Assembly (NCBI GenBank): GCA_027923505.1
Contig: BROI01000002.1
Span: forward strand, 806,001-870,000
Length of the DNA stretch: 64,000 nt
Source: Mayamaea pseudoterrestris
Taxonomy: Eukaryota
Direction of reading: 5' to 3'
This document shows, piece after piece, positions 21,689 through 32,099 of this stretch (the first letter of the stretch is position 1; every line of letters starts with the position of its first letter). The notes under the pieces are model-generated. The model saw only the letters and a list, made by a program, of their open reading frames with translations, was not told the origin of the DNA and searched no databases. The position numbers were made by a program, and so were the translations under genes.

Positions 21689-23661
21689 TCACTGTATAGC
21701 TGGAGCATATGCAGACACGACAAGACCACCATTCATCAAATCGAACAGGTCGCTTAAGGGTTTGCCAAAGGTGCAGACAAGTTCGTCATCACTATGCCGA
21801 CCGTCCATTAAACACGCTACCCTCCGGTGGAAAAACGGTTCGTCTGCGTTACTGACCTGTTGGTGTTGGGGTCCAACGGCGCGTCCGTTGCTCCCGTGTA
21901 ATCCATCTTTATCGAAACAATCCATGCAATCCATCTCGCTGTCCATCCGGATGGTATTCAAAAGCAGCGGGAAATTGTGGACCCGTCTCAGCAAGCCGTG
22001 AACAATTCCAAACGTCGTGAATCGCCGATGATCAATCAACTGAAACATCTTCTTCCAATTTACGACTGTCCTTGTCTGTGGCTGATGGCCAGTCAACAAT
22101 CTCACCCAAATATCACCAATGCTAATCTCGCGTGAGCACAAAAGGTACAGTTCCTTAAGGGCAGCCTTGCATTCTAGTTGGTGGCAGTCTAACTGCGATA
22201 CGTGCGAGTTTACCGACGGCGCGCCGTTCTCCGGGACGTACGAGCTGGTCGTCTGGCCATGAAGTCGCGATTGATCAAACGAGGATGGCGAGGTCGATAA
22301 TTGCATGCCCCTTTTCAAACCATGCCCAGGCGAGGTAATAGAAACCGTTAAAGGACTAATTTGCTCATGTTGACTGTGCCGATGTGCCACAAACGTAACA
22401 GCCTCATCCATCAACTTGGAGTCCTGTAGTAGGAGCGAGGCCGTCTCGTCTGTGCATTCGTAGTGGTTGGTGAAAAAGAACATGTCGACGAGCGCAATGA
22501 CTCCATGGTGCCGCAACACTCGGAGACATGACAACACCATCTCCATGTCCACTTCGGCTTTGATGGAAATTTGTCGCGCATTGGTAACGCCGTCAATGTG
22601 CAACGAAACCCAATTAATAGCCAAGTCCCAATCATACTATGGACACAGTCAATACAACAAGGGGATTGTGAGCAAAGTTCCGACGCCTTTTATACAACAA
22701 CCACATAGTTTTGATCGCAGTGTGCACTCACCATGTGCATTTGTCGATCTCGTCGCAGGAATATCGGCACGGCATATTCTGGCACTGGCTTGGCAGGTAC
22801 TTTGGGAGGATGAAATAGCTTCAAGTTTAAAATATTAGCCTCATTTAACAATAAATTGCATTCCAAAGTGGTGCTATTCAGAGAAACAAGCAGGCGCTCC
22901 AAATGTTGTTGAATCAAGCCTCGTGTTGACGGCGTGCTCAAAAAGTGGCACTCCAGTTCCAAATCGCGCAATGTCAACGCCCACTTGTTCAAAACGGGAC
23001 GAAACGGACGAGAATCTTCCGTGCGTCGATGTATGAATCCAACACAGAAGAGGAGCGAGTTGCGTTCGTAACGTTCATTGGAAATCATAGTAGGGCGGGA
23101 AAGTACATGAATGTTGTTCGTGCTAAGATTGATTAGCTTGCCGGTGAGTTCGCTCCCTGTAATGATGTACTCAGAGCATGAGTCAAAAATGGAATTTTCA
23201 TTGTCAGAATGAGCATCAGCAGAGTTGTGACGCAGTTCCTCTGGGTGTTGCCGTATTTCCTCAAATGCGTCGACTAGAATTTCTTCAATTCTTTCGACAG
23301 ATATGTCAATTTGCTGCTCCATAAAATCAGGAGGTGATTGGAAGCATATTCTCGGGCCCACTTTGATGTCAAATTCGGCATAGAAACAGCAGAAGAGTGG
23401 ACATCGGTCTACTGGAATAGGATGAGGAAGGATTGGTTGCTTCAATGACGTAGCCAAGGGGTATTCCACAACTAGTTCGCTTGGTGCAGAGAAATCGTTC
23501 GATTCTCTGTTCCATTTGCGGCTTCCCACTTTGGGCGTCGCAGCTTCTGATGACACTGACTTTGCAGACGGAGAAGGTGATGGCACTTGTAGCATGAGTG
23601 GTCGATATTCGTCTGTCTTTATCGTCATGATTTTGCTTGCAGCAAACGTTGGTTCTGTCAT
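21689..23661 (-). CDS. NPRL2: GATOR1 subunit NPR2/NPRL2 (2 exons)
   Basis: FYAEFDIKVGPRICFQSP, FDSCSEYII, YERNSLLFCVG. Intron 22731-22637 joins to YDWDLAINWV..HIDGV. C-terminal RRFTTFGIVHGLLRRVH and LMDGRHSDDELVC. Start uncertain. Confidence 0.88.
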
Positions 23662-23823
23662 GGTCGTCGTTTCGCGGCGCGCGCTGATTGTTGTCACAGA
23701 TGTCGCAGCACGATTGAAAGGACCATATGTGACCAAATTCTGCAGTATAGTTTCCACAAGTTTCATGAGCACGAACATACAGTAGTGAAATTGAGGAAGA
23801 GTGGAGTCTATTTGTTAACGTTG

Positions 23824-25457
23824 TCATGGAATAGTCTCGTCAATAATGCCTTGTCCGTTCCAATCTTTTCCAACTTCATCATTCGAAAAGATCGGCAATC
23901 GATTTGCCATGTGCACCATATCGATTTCCCACATGATATCTTGGGACAGTGCCTGATCATTGGTCATGAATTTGATGCTCTCATCGAGTTGCTGCAGGCT
24001 CGTGTGGCCGACCAGTGTCGTCGTGACCAATGATCTTGATTGCACCAGCGATGAGCGAGCTCGGTCAAACTCATATGATGCTTGGAGGCAATGCGAGCAT
24101 ACTCTCGAATCGCCGCTTGCGCCGCGTTGGATCGGTAGCGATAGAGCGTACCACCCCATCCGCGCGTGTCCATGCGACCGCGCGGCTGCTCCAGCGATTT
24201 GCGCGCTCGAGACTTATCACGCAAATTATCCAGCGCCGCCGGTACGTCAATGTACTTGCCCGTCAGCATGCCTCCAGCCAATGCATTGTATGCCATGAAT
24301 CCTACGTTCTCGTTGTAAGGCGACGCTGCCTCGGCCACGCCGTTTTCCTCGCTCTTGCGGTCAATGAGTGAAAAGTCACCTTGGATGGAGCATGGAGGCG
24401 TCGTTCCGAGCCCCTTTGCCGTCCGCGTACATGCCGTCAAGCCATAGGCATTATCATTGCACAGACCCCAGCCTCGTATTTTGCCTTGCTGTATGAGCTT
24501 CTCCATGGAAAGACAAAGATCTTCAAACGAGGTTGGTCCGCCGAATCCTCTCCAGTAGCCGCTCTTTTCGGTCTCCAAGTTGTAGGCAAGCGACTGTCCC
24601 CAGTTGGATTGTGGCGAGTAGTGCTGGGGCCAGTGAAGCTGGTACACGTCAATGTATTTAGTCCGTCCCAAGTCGCCGTAGACTTCCTTCGCCTGTATGA
24701 TGATGAGCAAGCGAAATGGATTCGGTTTCGTTCTCAGATGACACTAGCTCGATGGCACTAAGCGATGACACTAAGCGATGGCAATGCCAGCAAACGCACA
24801 ACATTCTCACTTACAATCAGCTTGAATATTCTTGGGCGTCACGTTTCTTCCACCCGTAATCTTTGTCGCAATCACCACTTGCTCCCGCGCTAGCTTGCGA
24901 CTTTTGATATACTTGCCAATGAGTAGTTCAGAATCACCCTCCTTGGCCTTGTTTCCATCACTGGGAATCGGATACTGCTCGGCCGTATCAATCAAGTTGA
25001 CGCCATGCTCGAGTATTGCCTTGTCCATGAATTGGTAGCATAACTCCTCGTCGGGTGCATTGTAGTCGGTGGAAATCCATCGCTGCGTGCCAAGGCCGAG
25101 AGCGCTCACGTAAATGTCTGAATCGCCCAGCCGACGTTGCTTCATGTTGTTGACGACTTTAATTACTTGATTGGTTGGGCCGCCGCCGCCTGAATTTGAT
25201 TGTTTGTTCATCGCATTGGCATTGTTGCTATTGCTGTTTGCTGCACCAAAAAAGCCGCCAAAGAGGCTACTGGCGAGAAGAACGTCGCGACGAGGCGTCG
25301 TGGCAAGGCTCGACGAGCGAGTCCTGCTTCGTTTGCAACCGTATCTACCAGGATTCGACTGGAAAGAATTAGATGACTGAACGAACACAATCCAGATGAG
25401 GAATATACATGGTGAAACTGCTTTTGGTTGTCGTTGTATCGCAAGCATGGCGATCAT
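23824..25457 (-). pseudogene. Aldo/keto reductase (Tas-like) with bipartite plastid presequence, disrupted at two sites
   Basis: Motifs LGLGT, IDTAEQYP, IATKI, YIDVYQLHWP, GKIRGWGLCN, AYNALAGGMLTGKY. Intron 24814-24693 gives ADC-EGSLRRLGTD, then a TAA from a 4-nt insertion (24657-24660). A second 1-nt deletion lies at about 24040. Could be sequencing error. Confidence 0.7.
24738..24783. repeat. Short imperfect 13-14 bp tandem repeat (GATG(A/G)CACTAAGC) in the AKR intron
   Basis: gatgacactagctc / gatggcactaagc / gatgacactaagc / gatggc seen directly. Confidence 0.6.
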
Positions 25458-25620
25458 AGCAAGCTTCAAGAATCCATGAATGTGATTGGTGAAGGATTTG
25501 CTGAAAGAGAGAGCGTGACAGAATATCACATCAGTATTTAATAACGTCAGAAGACGTTTTGAATGACTTCACGCTTTCTTCGTTCCGATTCGAGAGGCGC
25601 AAGCGGCCGCTGCAACAAAA

Positions 25621-27459
25621 ATGGCCAACGCGACTAACCTCGACATGAGTACATCGCCTCGGCTGGAAACGGTTGCATTACTATCCCTCATGACGACGAC
25701 ACGAGATAATGGAACCTTTCACCGAGTCAGACCAGACGAGCAAGATCTAAACGACAGTTGCGTCGTAAATGACGACAGTAACGACGATGAGCCGCACTCT
25801 CCGGCTAGCGAGCAACTTGATTACTTGGACGACGAAGATTTGCACAAGACTACATTTTGGCAAACCTACGTTCATTTACTAAAGGGCTATATTGGTTGTG
25901 GCGTCTTGTCGCTACCATGGGCTGTCAGTCAGCTTGGAATCCCCTTTGGCATTGTTGCCATTTTCATCATGGCGATTTGGAGCAGCTACAATTGCTGGAC
26001 AGTCGTCAAACTAAAGCGGTATATTGAGCAATCGAACAGTAGTAACAGCAATACATCATCCTTTCAAGTCAACAATTCACCTCGACTCGAAGCTCCCAGC
26101 GACACCCGCAGTGAAGGAGCCGCCTCCAGCACCATCACCTATCCGGACGTTGGCGACTGGGCCTACGGATCATCCTTTCACAAGTACGTGACGGCTTGCA
26201 TCATCACGCAGCAACTAGCCATTTGCACCGTCTTTATGAGCTTCATTGGAGAAAACATTCATGCCGTCTTGCAGTTTGTTAACATCACCAGCGTGACGCA
26301 CTATCAAATACTGTCCGTGATTGTTCCACCCGTCATGCTACTCTGCTTTCTGCCGACGCTCAAGCACTTGGCGCCAGTCATGGTGATTGGAACTCTATTG
26401 ATCATGATTGGGTTTGCGTGTCTGGCGGGCGTGGGATGGCTTGAGTGGGAGGACCGGCCGCTCCACGCGCCGCCCATGCACTTTGGCAAGGCACCTCTTG
26501 CCTTGTGCGCCATTTTGTACTCGTTTGAAGGCATTTGCTTGGTCTTGCCGGTGGAAACGGCCATGCGAGACCCGCAGGAGTTTCAAAAGGCTTTTGTGTG
26601 GAGCATGTCGACCGTGGCTGCGATATTGGCAGTGGTGGCTGGCTTGTCAGTGGCGGCCTTTGGATATGTTTTGAACGGAAGCATTACAGCCTTTCTTCTG
26701 CAAGAGTACGGAGACGATCCATCGCATACGTTCTATCTCATGCTTGTCAACACAGCAGTCAGTCTATCTATTTTGTTAACGTATCCGCTGCAACTATTTC
26801 CAGCACTCGAACTAGTGGCGCCAATTATTGAAAGGTATCAGCCTCGATGGATTAAGGGTGAGATTGATGATGATTTGGACCTTGTCAGCTTTGAACCTCT
26901 ACCTCCCATTGATGAACATGATGTCATGTCCATTGCGTCGCTTCCATCTCATCACGACTACGCCAACAGTGGCGTCAAGGCTGACGATGACGACGAGAAT
27001 GACTCGATTACCGCGGCCACTGCAAATGGTGAATTGTCATCGAGGGATCGCTGGCGCATTTTTCGACGCCTACTGCCGCAAATGGTTGTGCCTGGAGATA
27101 GCTTGCTGCTCCGCGCTAGTCTTGTCATGCTGACGTATGCGATTGCATCCTTGGTTCCAAACGTTGAGAATTTAATCTCACTGGCCGGTGCGGTTGCTGG
27201 TTCATCGACAGCCTTGCTCATTCCACCTATACTAGAGCTGGCATGGATTGCACAGCTGCAGAAAGGTGACGCTAGTGTAAACCATTCGGCCGCAGAATTT
27301 GACGACTCGAGAAACTGGATCCTTGCGACTGGAAGAGCTGACAAGTTTTTCTTTGAAAAATTAAAGAGCTGGACACTGTTGATCCTGGGACTCATTTTTG
27401 CAGCGCTTGGAACATATGCATCTGTATCGGATATCATAAGACTGTATCGGGGCGCATAG
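25621..27459 (+). CDS. Amino acid transporter, AAAP family (SLC36/PAT-like)
   Basis: HLLKGYIGCGVLSLPWA, YSFEGICLVLPVETAMRDP, TYPLQLFPA, LISLAGA; about 11 hydrophobic segments. Confidence 0.9.
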   Translation: MANATNLDMSTSPRLETVALLSLMTTTRDNGTFHRVRPDEQDLNDSCVVNDDSNDDEPHSPASEQLDYLDDEDLHKTTFWQTYVHLLKGYIGCGVLSLPWAVSQLGIPFGIVAIFIMAIWSSYNCWTVVKLKRYIEQSNSSNSNTSSFQVNNSPRLEAPSDTRSEGAASSTITYPDVGDWAYGSSFHKYVTACIITQQLAICTVFMSFIGENIHAVLQFVNITSVTHYQILSVIVPPVMLLCFLPTLKHLAPVMVIGTLLIMIGFACLAGVGWLEWEDRPLHAPPMHFGKAPLALCAILYSFEGICLVLPVETAMRDPQEFQKAFVWSMSTVAAILAVVAGLSVAAFGYVLNGSITAFLLQEYGDDPSHTFYLMLVNTAVSLSILLTYPLQLFPALELVAPIIERYQPRWIKGEIDDDLDLVSFEPLPPIDEHDVMSIASLPSHHDYANSGVKADDDDENDSITAATANGELSSRDRWRIFRRLLPQMVVPGDSLLLRASLVMLTYAIASLVPNVENLISLAGAVAGSSTALLIPPILELAWIAQLQKGDASVNHSAAEFDDSRNWILATGRADKFFFEKLKSWTLLILGLIFAALGTYASVSDIIRLYRGA

Positions 27460-27590
27460 TGGACAGAATACTATAGTCGCACCATGAGTAGGATTTCGTC
27501 TATGAGCGTCCGCTTGACGTGGTGCATAGTGGTCAGGAGAATATAGCCGCACCATGAGTGGCATTTCGTCTATGAGCGTCCGCTTGACGT
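27451..27590 (+). repeat. 70-bp tandem duplication spanning the transporter stop codon and 3' UTR
   Basis: 27451-27520 versus 27521-27590: 62/70 identical. Confidence 0.9.
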
Positions 27591-27746
27591 TTATTATAAT
27601 TAGCGCTAAACCTTTGCCTATTCAATGATTGCACTATGATAACATCAAAGCACTGTTTTGACTTGCTGGCAATGGATTCATAGCTGTACTCACAGTCAGG
27701 TGCGTCGCGGGTTGGGCCTTGAGGTTACTCAAAGTGCGCAGTGGTC

Positions 27747-28060
27747 GAGGACTCCCACAAAACTCGCGGGATGCATTCCTCGGGAAATGCACTAGTATAT
27801 TAAGGGAGTCCTCAATTGTTGCATCCAGGGGGTAGAAAAGAGAATCACAGAACAAAGAGAAAGGGAAGCTGCTTGTCGTGATGCACCGCGACAAACGAAG
27901 CAGGGGTGAGGACTCGCACAACAAGGAGGACTCCCGCATCGAAAACGACCAAAGAACAACGTGTAATTCTACGTCTCTGGTATTAATGCTTGCACGAATA
28001 GAACAAGATCTCCACTTTTGGATTCATCATAACTCGGGCTCACAAATCCAAGTTGAGCAA
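27747..28060 (+). promoter_or_regulatory. Upstream region of paralog B with four GAGGACTC(C/G)C boxes and a conserved 28-bp block
   Basis: Boxes at 27747-27756, 27804-27813 (inverted), 27908-27917 and 27926-27935. Block 28033-28060 is shared with paralog A. Confidence 0.6.
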
Positions 28061-28096
28061 ATCGCATAACAGGTCCACCAAGCAGCCACTCCAACC

Positions 28097-29234
28097 ATGA
28101 AGTTCTCGTTCCCTCTATTCACCGTCTTCAACACCATCCTCGGATCCAGCGCCAACAGTGCTGTAAGTATGCAGACTGCAGATGATTACGTTATAAAAGA
28201 ATGAATTTCTGACATACTTCTTTCCTTTTCGCATTTTCCAGCCCGTCACGGACCTTGACATTCAAGTCACCTGTGCCAACCTTCGCTTCAACGAGATCTC
28301 TCCCAAGGCGCTTGCCTTTGGTGCCAAGGCTTTGGAAGTGACGTTCAACAACGTCCACAAGAAGGCCGATGGCTTGTCTCTCAACCAAGTCATGGCCACC
28401 CCCAACGATGTTTCCTTCGCTCGCAAGCAAAAGGTCGTCGGCAAGACGGGACTGCGCGCAGGCTGCAAGTTCTGTGGGTCGGACGACGAGTTCGGCGCCT
28501 TGGAGAGCCTCTCCTTTGCCGCCAAAGGCACGGACGACAACTTGAAGTGCAAGTTCTGCGGCTCCGACGACGATGTCACGCTCGACGATGCCAAGCTCAA
28601 GCTCTGGGAGGGCGAGTTGACCGCTATTCTCGCCTTGTCCCCGTATGCGTCCCTCAGCAAGGCCGAAGATTGCCGCATTGCCATTGCGCCGCTCGCCGCC
28701 GCGCCAGTCGAGGTTGGTTGCAAGTTCTGCGGATCCGATGACGACAAGGAGATGCAGCAAGCCGTCACCATTGATGTCCAATGCGACAAGATGGACTTCA
28801 GCAGTGCTCCCGTCCGCGTCCTCTCAGTTGCTAGCAAGCTTCTTTCCGAGTCGTTTGACGCAATTCATTCGGCCGAAGGCTCCAAGCTGACCGACATTTC
28901 CTTGGCGGCTCCGCGCTTGTCTTTCAGTGAAGACAAGTCGCTCAAGGCTGGATGCAAGTTTTGCGGCTCGGATGATGCTTGGATCGTTCAAGAGGAGCAA
29001 GCGACCAGTGGCTGCAAGTTTTGCGGATCGGACGATGCCGTCACAAGCAATTTCGACATTGAATTTTCAGCCAAGTTGGGTTGCAAGTTTTGCGGATCCG
29101 ATGATGCCGTCTTTGCTGTTTCGGAAGTTGCCATTAACAAGGCGTGGGAGCAGTTGTTCATGGCCAAAATGATCAAAGAAGGCATGAACCCTGGAACATG
29201 CAAGTTGGTCTTGACGGACAGCGCCACCGCGTAA
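28097..29234 (+). CDS. Secreted protein with six CKFCGSDD motifs, paralog B (352 aa, 2 exons)
   Basis: Exon 1 28097-28162 (MKFSFPLFTVFNTILGSSANSA), intron 28163-28241, exon 2 28242-29234 starting PVTDLDIQVTC. Collinear with paralog A. Confidence 0.9.
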
Positions 29235-29798
29235 GCGGAAGAACGAGGAAGAGCCGATGCAAAGATAAATGCACGCGCCACCTTTATTCATAGGATCATC
29301 CAGAGATAACGTTATCAAATTAGTCTCGATTTCATACACTTTGCTTTTCGTTAGCGCGTAGCTTTACTTACCGCGACAATATCATGTGTGTATATTACGC
29401 TTCTTGTTACGTCGGGTCGTCATTAGACAGGTTTTTATCTTTCTGTGCTTCTGAACTTTCCTTCATTTGAAGCATTGCGTCGCGAGCGAAGGAAGGAAGA
29501 AAGTTGAGCGCGCCATGGTCGGCGCGTCGAAACCGTGGACGCGTGCCGGTGCGCGCCAGCCAAGCCTACGACATTCAAACTTGCGATGCCTGCAACATGC
29601 AAGAAACGACATGTTCATTGCCGTTGCCTGAGAGAGACAGTCCCGAGCATTATCAAAGTGTAGCAGAGACATGGTAGCCCCCAAAAGCAATTAACAACCT
29701 CCGACTGCATATCAAAGCGCTGAGTAAGCTCCGGGAAAGGCCGAGCCAGCTGCATGCAACTACTCATACGGTACGACGCCGTGGACAATCATTAAAAC

Positions 29799-32033
29799 AT
29801 GGCCGAGGACCAAGGAAGAGAAGCTATTATGGCATCTTCAATGAGTCTTACTTTAGCTGAGCGAATGGAAACGGAATTGGAAATGCAGGATCGACCGCTT
29901 GCAAATGAAATTGCAAGCAAGCAAGGCGCTGAGGCTGTTCGTCGGCAGAAGGAGGAGAGCTTGGATGACAAACCGAAACAAGAATCACTCGGCAATGCGG
30001 CAAATTTCAACTCGACAATGGCTCCTGATAAAGCAAACATGAAAAATTCTACAACTCGAGGCCGTCTAGTTTATAATTCTCCGCGGATTCGCTACTCGGA
30101 TGCGATTCTTTTTCCTGCTGCCTCGCTTGCTCGCCAACAGTGGCAGCAACAGCAAACCTACCTTTTAAATGCACCAACTAACATGTATCAACAATATTTT
30201 CGCCACCAAAATGTTTACCACGGGCCTCCGCCTCATGTGCTATCGCTGGGGGCGCGTCGCTGCTTGACTCTGGAAACTCTCAAGGCTGGCATGCCTCGCC
30301 GCGCCGCCTTTCAGATTACCGAGCTGCACTTGCACTTTTCAATACATGAAACCAAACATTGGAAGGCGTACGAATGGAACGATTGGTGGATGGGCATTGC
30401 CAAGATTTTTGCCAATGTGCATCACTTGTATATCGAGCATAGTGCGGTTGAACACGGACACGATGATGAGGAGGAGGAGGATGCCGCTGATTGCGCGTTA
30501 AATTTAAAAGGAAAGACAAGACGAAGGCTTTTGTTTCCATGGTCACGCGCATTGGCGAATGATAAACCATGCACGGTAGATCATCCGGAGAAGGAGCTTG
30601 AGCAAACTTATCTTCGCAACAGTCGGTCGGAGCGACTGGAGGTCTTGATGTTTCTGCCGAATTTAAAGTCGTTTAATGGAACGGCGTTTACGCCAGATGA
30701 CTATCAAACGACGCAGCAATATCATTCTGTTGGTCTATTTGTTCCGTCTGTGCAAAAGGTTCAGGCCCAAACGCCGACCATGCTGCCAGCGCATACATAT
30801 TGCTTGCTGGACCAAGAAATTATCTTGGCAGACGACGATGACGCAAACGATTGCGATGACGATGATGATCTGGACTTGGAAATGGAAGCTATTCGCGAGA
30901 TTTTGGAAGCGACGAAATCATTGGATGACGTCGAGTTTACTAATGACCGTATCACTAATACGAAACAATCAAAACCGCCAGTGGAGGAAAAGAAAGAGGA
31001 CGACGCAACGCCCGGCACACCACCACGGCGCCCTACAAAGCAACACGATGTGGAACTTGAGTATGTTTCTCCGGAAACAAATGCCGTCACCTGCGAATGG
31101 GGAGTTGCCTGCGGTAGCTTGTCATTGCCGACTTACTTTTTGAGCACAAACTCGATGAGTAGTGGGACGTGCACGAGGCTTCGGTTCCGACCGAGGACGA
31201 GAGCTTCGCCAGCGCCAACTACTGGTATTTTTTATGCCGCCGCAAAGGATGCAATGAACGCAAAACGTAGCACAACCAAATCCATTGCTGACGTATACGA
31301 GCCTAATCTTAATGCGGAACTAGCTAACGATCCCGGAAAGGACGGCCGTCCAGAAGCTAAGACACGCATGGGAAGCAGCGTGAAAGGGATATCATTGTCT
31401 GAGAATGTTTCACCGTCTTCTGCAGAAGCCTGCACAATAAACTACCAGCAAAGTCCGCTGGAATTTGCCACAGAGCATCCAAACTCATCCCATGCCCTCA
31501 ATACGTCGAGTCATAACTCCATGCGCACTCCTGCACATGCATCATTGAGTTCGCCTTTCCCTATGCAGTTCCGAGCGCGAGCGAAACAAGCCATTTTTGC
31601 GGCAAAATATAAAATTCAAGGTGATTTACTATCCAGTATCGAGCCTGGCCAAGAGATTCGGTCGTCGCCAATAATGACAAATTCTGTTGAAATCCTTCGA
31701 GAGCCAATCCCTCTTCCACGGGCGGCTTCTCCCCCACTGGGAGCGCAGAAAAAGGCGCCACAAGTTGCGACACCACCAAAGGCAGCAGCAAAGCTGCCGG
31801 CGAAGGTATCGAGCCGCCCACCGCCGGGCCCAAGGCGTGCTACGTCGACAGTTGCTGCGAAAGCTAAGAAGAAGGTCAAGAAACATAGGGGACCGAAGTG
31901 GCGCGAGAAGGTTGCAGCTCGCTCAAGCAGTATTTTAGATGAAAGCGAAGATGAAGACAACATCGATGACGAGAACGCCGACGACGCTTCCAGTACTGGA
32001 ATAGAGAACATCCACGACGGAGTAATTGTGTAA
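29799..32033 (+). CDS. Hypothetical, largely disordered protein with a possible LRR-cap segment
   Basis: 744-aa ORF. ERLEVLMFLPNLKSFNG resembles an LRRcap; acidic and Pro/Lys-rich tracts. Confidence 0.6.
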   Translation: MAEDQGREAIMASSMSLTLAERMETELEMQDRPLANEIASKQGAEAVRRQKEESLDDKPKQESLGNAANFNSTMAPDKANMKNSTTRGRLVYNSPRIRYSDAILFPAASLARQQWQQQQTYLLNAPTNMYQQYFRHQNVYHGPPPHVLSLGARRCLTLETLKAGMPRRAAFQITELHLHFSIHETKHWKAYEWNDWWMGIAKIFANVHHLYIEHSAVEHGHDDEEEEDAADCALNLKGKTRRRLLFPWSRALANDKPCTVDHPEKELEQTYLRNSRSERLEVLMFLPNLKSFNGTAFTPDDYQTTQQYHSVGLFVPSVQKVQAQTPTMLPAHTYCLLDQEIILADDDDANDCDDDDDLDLEMEAIREILEATKSLDDVEFTNDRITNTKQSKPPVEEKKEDDATPGTPPRRPTKQHDVELEYVSPETNAVTCEWGVACGSLSLPTYFLSTNSMSSGTCTRLRFRPRTRASPAPTTGIFYAAAKDAMNAKRSTTKSIADVYEPNLNAELANDPGKDGRPEAKTRMGSSVKGISLSENVSPSSAEACTINYQQSPLEFATEHPNSSHALNTSSHNSMRTPAHASLSSPFPMQFRARAKQAIFAAKYKIQGDLLSSIEPGQEIRSSPIMTNSVEILREPIPLPRAASPPLGAQKKAPQVATPPKAAAKLPAKVSSRPPPGPRRATSTVAAKAKKKVKKHRGPKWREKVAARSSSILDESEDEDNIDDENADDASSTGIENIHDGVIV

Positions 32034-32099
32034 CGACGGTATACTGCGTGACCAGAAGTGTAAAATAGATATATGCATATAATACATATAAAAATTTTC

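Noticed and set aside
23964..24710. The +4 and -1 indels in the AKR as mutually compensating or a programmed frameshift
   Set aside because: The conserved middle segment lies in the shifted frame behind an immediate TAA, so the net +3 does not restore the protein, and no slippery site is evident.
21689..27459. NPRL2 near an SLC36-like transporter as a TORC1 amino-acid sensing cluster
   Set aside because: They are separated by an unrelated gene; adjacency in a gene-dense genome is plausibly chance and there is no supporting signal.
28242..29234. CKFC as a c-type heme (CxxCH) or radical SAM (CxxxCxxC) motif
   Set aside because: Gly, not His, follows the second Cys, and no Cys lies four residues upstream.
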